Shown piece by piece: positions 53,645 to 61,515 of a DNA stretch of 61,515 bases (position 1 is the first letter of the stretch; the number at the start of each line of letters is the position of its first letter). The stretch is taken from contig NC_068982.1 in NCBI RefSeq assembly GCF_001194135.2, positions 173,425,354 through 173,486,868 of the forward strand. Reading direction: 5' to 3'. The stretch is from Octopus bimaculoides. Its lineage: Eukaryota. The notes below the pieces were generated by a model. It had not been told where the DNA came from. It saw only the letters and a program-made list of their open reading frames with translations, and made no database searches. A program made the position numbers and the translations under genes.

Positions 53645-53840
53645 TAAATCCCCTACCCCAAAAAACGGAGAACAAACACAAGAAAAAAACAACAACGCGA
53701 AGACATGGTACATAGAAAGTATTAGCAGACGCCCAGAGAAGGAAGGAAATGTAGTTTTTAACGTCTCGAGCAAAGCTCTTCGTCAGAAGCGGAGGAAAGT
53801 CCAAAAGAAATGGAAGACGGAGGAAAAGAGTCACTAACTA
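53645..53840 (-). mobile_element. PLE terminal repeat P4 (different subfamily)
   Basis: Same layout as P2 and P5: ribozyme motif, GGGCGUC..CUAAUAC, U-rich tract, (TA)n. Confidence 0.7.
53758..53788 (-). ncRNA. Minimal hammerhead motif with A14G change
   Basis: UU CUGACGA A GAGC UUU GCUC GAGAC GUU AA. Confidence 0.7.
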
Positions 53841-54248
53841 TCCACATTTGGTTACATTTATATGTAATAATAATAATAAATGCCAAAACGAATTTCAGTG
53901 TGTCAGTGTGCCACACTTTGACCCCCAATGATACTTCTACTATTCCTTGTGCTGGGGTGAGAGCAAAAGTTAGGCATAGAGACGGTGAGGGTGGTAGTAG
54001 ATTGATGGTAATGGGGTGATAGTAGTAGTATGAACTGTAGTTGGGATAGAGGCGGAGATGGTGGTGGTGGTGGTGGTGGTCAAGGATGACGGTGATAGTA
54101 AGTATTGTGAAAGACAGTGGCGGAGGGAAAGGTGGCGAAGTCAATGGTAAGGATGGTGGTGACGTCAGAAGTCTGAATGGTGTATGTATGGCAGTTGTGG
54201 TGGCGATGGTGGTGACACTATAGATGGTGATGGTTGAAAACAATCAAC

Positions 54249-54291
<43 letters not shown>

Positions 54292-56193
54292 AGACAGAGA
54301 AACAGACAGGCAGAAAGAGGTTAGACAGAAAAAAATATACTGGGAAGACAAAAGGTGTTGTTGATCATGCAGTTTTGCAATAATTACTAAGTCGACAAAT
54401 TATATCATTGTTTTGATGAAAATTGTTCATTGCTTGAAAAATATTGGTCAAGTTTAATAAAATTTAATATGTACTCAATGCATAAAGTGTCATTGTCGAG
54501 CCCAATGCCCACTGAAGAGCCCTCCGCAGGAGTTAGCTTAAAAACCGCCCGATAGGGAAGCTTTTAAGCTAGTATATATATATACACACACATATATATA
54601 TGTGCGTGTATGTGTGTGTGTTTGTGTGAGCGCGCGCGTATGTAAGTATGTATGTATATATATATATNNNNNNNNNNCAGAATATCAAATACCATACAAC
54701 GTAAATTCTTGATTTACTAAAACTATCTTCTATTCTAGAGGATTTGTCTCAATTACAATATGGTAATTAAGAAAGCTCCATTTGAAAAGGGCAGATAATC
54801 TGATGAATCAACATTTCTCCAAGGTTAGCATGCCATTGAGGAAAACTAGCCGGTTTATTGCCTGGGGACAAATACATGCCACTGGCCACACTGACTTATT
54901 TCTCTAGGCCCGTTATTATTTAAATCATGCAAATTTCCAAGGCCATAAGTATCAACTCCGTTTATGTCTAAGTCCCTTGGTTTCTGGAAATAGAACAGGA
55001 TGACTGTCATTCCGATGATTTCTATTGAGGTAGAAACACGAGCGACTGTTCTCTACCGCCAGACAATGAAGTAATATTATTTTCCTTATTAGCATGTCAA
55101 ATTCGGAGAATTCTCAGTTCCCCATTTCAGATGAAGCAGTTCATAACTGCCACTTTGGTATTCATGACACATTCTCTAGAGGCAGAGAAAAATTTTAGTA
55201 AATGAATTAATGTTGCATAGTATTTGATATAAATCTTCTCGCAATGGCATCACCAACTTTGCAATTCAACTTCTTTTGCATTTAGTAATATTCCCACCAA
55301 CCCGGCATGATGTTACAAAAGAACTAATACACACACATGCACAGACAATTCCATTACACAAAGGCATAGAAAAAAAAAAACAGGTCGGCGCATCATGTGT
55401 CATACCGGAAACTTAATTCTCACTCATTCCAGCTTATTGATTTTATGTAAGCGTTTTCATTGTTTTTTTTTTTAGATTTTTGTTTTTAGTTTTTGCTTTT
55501 GTTTTAACCTCTTGTGTAATTCCCCTTGTTATAATATTTGGTTTTCAAAAATCCCTGGTTATTTGATGGGATTAAGACGGCTATGTTTTGTCTTGCCACA
55601 TACAATGACTTGCCAGTCCTTACTCCACCGCCCACCATCATCGCAAGATGTCGGACATTGTCAACACAAGCTTTATTAATAATCCTCTCTGTCCTACACA
55701 CCCTTTTAACGTCTGCTCATTCGTAAATTTTACCTTTCTCCTCACAACCCCTCTACAGCCTCCTGTTGCTGCTTCTACACGTATTTCTTTATTGTCCTTA
55801 CTATGTATCTCTCTCCTACGCTTCTCGTATTCTTGTTTTGCCCTCCTCCTCGGTTACCTCTACATATCTAAAAAGAATTCGATAGATCTTTCAAAGTCTT
55901 TCGATTCGATTCTTCGCTCTTCCTCTTCTCACTCTATTCTGTTTTCTTTTATCTCTTTATCTCTTATTTATTGTATTTAATTCTATTCTTATTGTCTTCT
56001 CATCTCCCTATCTCTCACTTACCCCACTCCCTCTCTTCTCCTCTCTTCTTTGTCTTTTCTACTTGCCTCTTTTGTCCTAATCGTCTCTTACGTTTTGTTC
56101 CCTATGTGCACTTCCTGTTCCATTTTCGCTTTGTTCTCTGAGGTGTGTGGTGTGGTGTGTGTATGTATGCATATGTATATGTACGTATGTATG

Positions 56194-56235
<42 letters not shown>

Positions 56236-56620
56236 CATACATACATACATACATACATACATACATGCACACATATGAGACAGCTGATTGCATCACGCTG
56301 GTGTGAAATGCAACCAAGCGAAAGTAATCAGTACTGCTAGGTCGAGTGGAACAATTTTTGTGCAAAGCTAAGTCTGTGAGAATCGTTACTCAGAGTTTCT
56401 TTTTGATTCTCCTAGAGTCAATATATAGATCAACACATCCTTACTGTTAGTTTCATGATATACTTAACAACCCAGTCAATCTTCGGACAAGGTATCCGTG
56501 TCTATTTCCTCAAGCAATATTACCATCCGAAGATTACATGACTTGTTGACTCCGTTATGAAACTATTAGCAACAGTGTACTGGTCTACGTATTGTGTGAG
56601 TATGCTAAAATATGTTTTGG

Positions 56621-57120
56621 TCTAGTGTGTAGGGTGTTGTGTTCACGATCGCGAGATCATGGTTTCACTTCGTGAACCGGGTGATGCGTTGTTCTTGAGC
56701 AATCACTTCATCTTACGTTGCTTTGCGATCACTTCGACACCTGACGTGTGGCATCGTCGTTTAGATGAAGAGAGTAAACTAATGTGTTGCACAAAGCTTT
56801 GATCACTGCAAGGAAGTCATTGTGCAGGTTGTTCAGCAAGAAATTGCAGAAACGTCTTTGTCAGATTACGAGAGACGGCCAACACACACACACACACACA
56901 TACGCACACACCTATACATACAAGGGACGTTTTCAAGTAACAGCTTCACCTCCTGCTATCCAAGGCCTCAGATGAACGTATATCAAAATTGGGCTGCAGA
57001 GTCGAAATTCTTCCTTCACCAAAAGCCATTTACACAAGATTCGCCATTGAAACGACGATGACACTGTAGCTGCTTCGGCATGGCCACAGCCTTAGGGTTG
57101 AAACATAAAAGAATAAAAGA
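56621..57120 (+). mobile_element. Diverged tRNA-derived SINE of another family (CORE-like segment)
   Basis: gtctagtgtgtagggtgttgtgttcacgatcgcgagatcatggtttc...ttcttgagcaatcacttc, ending catggccac...aaaagaataaaagaata. A related head fragment lies at about 45430-45520. Confidence 0.5.
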
Positions 57121-57249
57121 ATATATGTATGTATAATGATTTTGCTTTGACAAAGCGATATTAAGAAGCTGCTGTTAGAACTCAATATAAATATGCTTCA
57201 GAATAAAGAGTTAGGCGAGTACAGAGCGTAAAATGAAATTGATAGAATG

Positions 57250-57322
57250 ACAAAGGAACATGAATTACGTAGTCAACTCCATTGTCACGTAATTCATTAT
57301 CACGTACTTCATGTTCCCTTGT
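57250..57322. repeat. Small foldback repeat
   Basis: 57250-57270 pairs with 57302-57322 at 19 of 21 positions. An internal acgtaattcat (57287-57297) is an alternative perfect partner for 57260-57270. Confidence 0.75.
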
Positions 57323-57472
57323 TATACCGTTCATTCTGTATGTATATACATATATATACAAAACATGGGGGATTAGTTCACAGGTGATCTAAACGACTAG
57401 GCAATACAAGCATCTCAAGTCCTTTACGTTTGCCTTAACGTTTGTTGTCCTTTTTAACAATTATATATAGAA

Positions 57473-58238
57473 GAGAGCAAATTAAGAGAATTATGGCAAC
57501 AGAAACAACTATTCCTCGATGAATATGCTACCAATTACGGTAAAGACTATAGAACCTAGAGAAATAACAGTAAAAGAGAACAGTCTCACCAACGTAACAC
57601 AAGCCAGAATATGGGGCAACATGAACGCTCATTCCACTATGAGTTAAAGAGGAACAACGGTAAGAACCCTTCCCTTTTTGCACGCAAACATAAACAAGAT
57701 AAACAAGATAAATATTCCTTTGATCAGGCCATTAGAAGTAGAAATAATAGATCATTTTCAAAACCTCAACAAAGACTACCTACAAAACTGGGCAAAAACC
57801 TATCTAGAACCGGAAAGAAACCTAAATTATTCTCTCAGATCATTAAAATCAATACTAACAAGAAATTGAAAAATAAGATGCATAATTCCATAAATAGGAC
57901 AGAAAACATAACAAGGCCAGGTAAAATAACACAACCAAAACACAAACTTCAAGTTAACACCAACAAAAATACAAATCACAAACAGAAAAAAAAATTATAT
58001 ATTAACGTCAGGACAACAAACAACGGGGAAAGAAAAATTCCAAGAGGACACATATCCAAAACAACTAGACGTATAGATCCTAAAATAATTAATCTTTCCA
58101 AAAGAGATCTTCAGAATGATGAAATACAACTCCTGTTAAAAGGCCTGAAATTTACACCTACACCAACAGTCAACCACCTTGAACTAAAGGAAGAAATCCC
58201 AAAATCCTGTCGTAAGTTGCGACTTGTGGAATTCTTCA

Positions 58239-58302
<64 letters not shown>

Positions 58303-58423
58303 GACCGAAGAAGCCTTAGTAAGGAATAAATCAAATTTTACCCCACCAAAAGGCAGAAATAACTACCTTGACCAATATATTGATATCTTATCAATGAAAG
58401 AAATAATAGAAGAGTGTGATTGA
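57473..58423 (+). pseudogene. Penelope-like element N-terminal ORF region with in-frame (AAT)20 poly-Asn; RT and EN absent
   Basis: KIINLSKRDLQNDEIQLLLKGLKFTPTP...RKLRLVEFF...NKSNFTPPKGRNNYLDQYI resembles the conserved pre-RT segment of PLE ORFs. The frame extends to 57473 with one TAG at 57557. Confidence 0.8.
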
Positions 58424-58619
58424 CGATTCGAGCTTAGGAGTTTCAGTTCTCTTCAGANNNNNNNNNNNNNNNNNNNNNNNNNNNNNNNNNNNNNNNNNNN
58501 NNNNNNNNNNNNNNNNNNNNNNNNNNNNNNNNNNNNNNNNNNNNNNNNNNNNNNNNNNNNNNNNNNNNNNNNNNNNNNNNNNNNNNNNNNNNNNNNNNNN
58601 NNNNNNNNNNNNNNNNNCG

Positions 58620-58800
58620 ACATTTAAAAATTTTTTTCTCCTTGTTTTTCTCCTTATTTCTTTCTGTTGAAGAGCGTAGCTCGAAACGTTAAAGACTTTC
58701 TCTATTCCCGAGCGTTAAACTAATACATCCTTTTGTTGTTTACACCACCTGTCCTCGTCTGTTGTTGTTCTTTTCGTAAATTCTCCCATATATATATATT
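58620..58800 (+). mobile_element. PLE terminal repeat P5
   Basis: Follows the PLE ORF fragment across a 160-N gap, is highly similar to P2 and ends in (TA)n. Confidence 0.85.
58659..58695 (+). ncRNA. Minimal hammerhead ribozyme motif, A6U variant core
   Basis: UCUUU CUGUUGA A GAGC GUA GCUC GAAAC GUU AAAGA. Predicted cleavage is after 58690. Confidence 0.75.
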
Positions 58801-58842
58801 TGCATATATAAGTATATATATATATATAATATTGGAAATCCT

Positions 58843-59139
58843 CTTAGCCCCTTGTGGAGCATAGGGCCGGTTTCTCGGTTTCCATGGCGTATGTGTTCCC
58901 CCCTAGCTGGACGGGACGCCAGTCCATCGCAACTTTTTACTCAAGAAACAGGAAGAAGGAGTGAGGGAAAGTTGGGGCGAAAGAGTACAACAGGAGTCGC
59001 CACTACCCCCTGCCGGAGTTTCGTGGAGCTGTAGGTGTTTTCGCTCAATAAATACACAAAACGCCCGGTCTGGGAATCGAAACTGCGATCCTCCGACCGC
59101 GAGTCCGCTGCCCTAACCACTGGGCCATTGCGCCTCCAC
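58843..59139 (-). mobile_element. SINE family C (short-tail form)
   Basis: 58944-59139 aligns with 14897-15092, but the 3' tail differs (gcgatggactggcgtcccgtccag...ccctatgctccacaaggggctaagag). Confidence 0.9.
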
Positions 59140-59789
59140 ATACATAATATATATATGTATATATATAATATATACATATATCTATATATAATAAATATTG
59201 TATATAATATATGCCTGTATGAGTTAGAGGTTAAGCAACCATCTAAGGGATAATAAATATCCAGTATACTACTGGATGTATACCTATGTATTTATATCCA
59301 AATGCTTACTGTTGCAGGGCAGTAGTGCAATTGAATAATAGGTATGAGTGAGGATAAAACAGAAATTTACCCAGAATTTATAAGAAGAAAGTGGAGAAGA
59401 TAATCAATCGACAAACATTAGTCTGCAAACATTCATTTGGATCTATTAATTACAATCATATGTATAAGTAAATAAGTAAATAAATAAATAAACAAGTAAA
59501 TAAAAATAATTAAAATAATAAATAAATAAATGAATAAGAATAAATGTGTGTATAAAACTGTACTCGTACAGCTGTTTCTACTTTTAGGGCGTCCAGCTTG
59601 CCTAGGTTTGCACTTCATACCAGTATTATACGGAGATTGTTCAAAGGTTGAACAAAAACTGGACATGGGTTGGACAATAATTGAGCCCCAAAGCTTCTTC
59701 AGAGAGTCCATAATGGTAAGAACCAAACATGTGAGGAAGTAAAATAACATAATAAAATAAAATATAATATAATAAAATAATAAAAGATA

Positions 59790-59854
<65 letters not shown>

Positions 59855-59857
<3 letters not shown>

Positions 59858-60060
59858 CAAGTTCAAAAAAACACAAAAAACAATAACAAAAAAAACAACA
59901 AAGTGAGGACGTGATACGGATAGTGTTATTAGACGCTCGGGAAAGGAAAGAGAGAGAGCATGACGTTTCGGGCGGAGCCCTTCGTCGGAAAGACGGAAAG
60001 TTCAAAGAATGGAAAAACGGAGGAAGAAAAATCGGCACCGATGCCCACGAGGTTACATTG
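59855..60060 (-). mobile_element. PLE terminal repeat P6 (different subfamily)
   Basis: Ribozyme motif, cccgagcgtctaataaca, U-rich tract, (TA)n. Confidence 0.7.
59961..59991 (-). ncRNA. Minimal hammerhead motif with U4C change
   Basis: UUU CCGACGA A GGGC UCC GCCC GAAAC GUC A. Stem II shows a compensatory change relative to GAGC/GCUC. Confidence 0.7.
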
Positions 60061-60129
60061 TGGAAGGACCGGAAGAGGAGGTGGTAGAGGAAAAGTTCTT
60101 TCTAAGACAGGAGAGTGAAAAAAGGAGGT

Positions 60130-61515
60130 GAATATGTGTGCGTGCGCGAGGGTTTGCAAGTGTGTGTGTAATAACAGAACGTGTGTGTGCGTATGTATGT
60201 ATGTGTGTGACTGTGTGCGTGATTTGGTGGTTTATCTGTTAGTGTGTATGTGTGTGTTTGTGTGTGTGTGTGTGTGTGTGACGTAGTGGAAGGAATTAGT
60301 AGCAGGAATAGTTAGGGGGTGCTTATGGACAATGGTCAGTGGAAGGTCAGCAGGCAGTTTTTGAGTATGTGTGTGTGCGTGTGTATGTTTGTGTGGGGTT
60401 GTAGGTGTTGGGTACGTGTGCGTATGTGTGTGTATTTTGTACGTGCGCGTGTGTGTATGTGTATGTTTGTGTGCGTGCGTGTGTGTTTGTGTGTATGTGT
60501 ATGTTGTGTATATGTGCGTTGCTGTGTACGTGTGTGTGCGTGCGTTTGCTTCTGTATCTGCGTGTGTTGTTTATGCCCATGTGTGTGTGATTGTATGCGT
60601 GTCTGTGTGAGTGTGTTGTGTTGGTGAGAGGTGTGTGTGTGCGTGTGTATGTTTGTGTGGGGTTGTAGGTGTTGGGTACGTGTGCGTATGTGTGTGTATT
60701 TTGTACGTNNNNNNNNNNNNNNNNNNNNNNNNNNNNNNNNNNNNNNNNNNNNNNNNNNNNNNNNNNNNNNNNNNNNNNNNNNNNNNNNNNNNNNNNNNNN
60801 NNNNNNNNNNNNNNNNNNNNNNNNNNNNNNNNNNNNNNNNNNNNNNNNNNNNNNNNNNNNNNNNNNNNNNNNNNNNNNNNNNNNNNNNNNNNNNNNNNNN
60901 NNNNNNNNNNNNNNNNNNNNNNNNNNNNNNNNNNNNNNNNNNNNNNNNNNNNNNNNNNNNNNNNNNNNNNNNNNNNNNNNNNNNNNNNNNNNNNNNNNNN
61001 NNNNNNNNNNNNNNNNNNNNNNNNNNNNNNNNNNNNNNNNNNNNNNNNNNNNNNNNNNNNNNNNNNNNNNNATGTGTGTGAGAGCGTAAGGATGTGTGCC
61101 AGGTATATGTGTTATTTTGTGTGTGCACTCCTGTGTGTGTGTGTGTGTGTGTGTGTGCATATGTATGTGGCTGTGTATGTACGTGTATGTAGGCGTGCGC
61201 GTATATATGGGGGTGTGTGTGTGTAGGGCTGTGTAAGTAGTTGTGTGTCTCTACCACTGCGCGCGTGTGTGTGTGTATATATGTGCGTTCGTCTATATGT
61301 GTGTGTGAGGGCGCGCATGTATGTTTGTCATGTGTGTGGGCGGTATATATGTAAGGTGTGTGGGAGGTGTGTGTGTTAGGTGTATGGGAGGTATGTGAGG
61401 TATGTGTGAATGGGGGTATGTATGGGTTGTCAGGTGTGTGGGAGGTATGTGTGAATGGGGGCATATATGGGTTATGTGTGCAAGGGTGTGTATGCTTGGG
61501 TGTGTGTGTGTGTAT
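60130..61515. repeat. GT-rich cryptic microsatellite/satellite region
   Basis: Degenerate (GT)n/(GTAT)n with internal direct repeats. All ORFs here are HT/CV artefacts. Confidence 0.85.

Noticed and set aside
54780-55100. Minus-strand peptide DINGVDTYGLGNLHDLNNNG, faintly like an RTE endonuclease segment
   Set aside because: A single weak motif with no supporting neighbouring motifs.
60367-60708. About 77-bp direct repeat at 60367 and 60631
   Set aside because: Lies in GT-rich low-complexity DNA and ends at a gap. Probably a satellite unit or an assembly overlap.

Overview
This is AT-rich, microsatellite-dense eukaryotic DNA with about 20 N gaps. The repeat families look like those of an Octopus draft assembly (inference, not checked by search). 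I recognise no intact host gene, rRNA, tRNA or CRISPR array, and nearly all ORFs in the supplied track are microsatellite read-through or run across N gaps. The window is mostly transposable elements. These are tRNA-derived SINEs of at least three families, a decayed RTE-type LINE, mariner relics and a mariner MITE, hAT MITEs, a Helitron helicase C-terminus, several short foldback elements, and fragments of several Penelope-like element (PLE) lineages. The strongest signal is six PLE terminal repeats, each carrying a minimal hammerhead-ribozyme motif. Their stem II covaries between subfamilies. Three copies from two subfamilies share a non-canonical core, CUGUNGA (A6U). All six are followed by a shared CCGAGCGU...CUAAUA-type motif, a U-rich tract and (TA)n. 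Other points of interest are SINEs with swapped 3' tails, two cases of a SINE inserted antisense into its own family's central microsatellite, a cluster of long hairpins at 22-26 kb, and a few weak candidate minus-strand exons. TE boundaries are read by eye and approximate unless a TSD or TIR is given.
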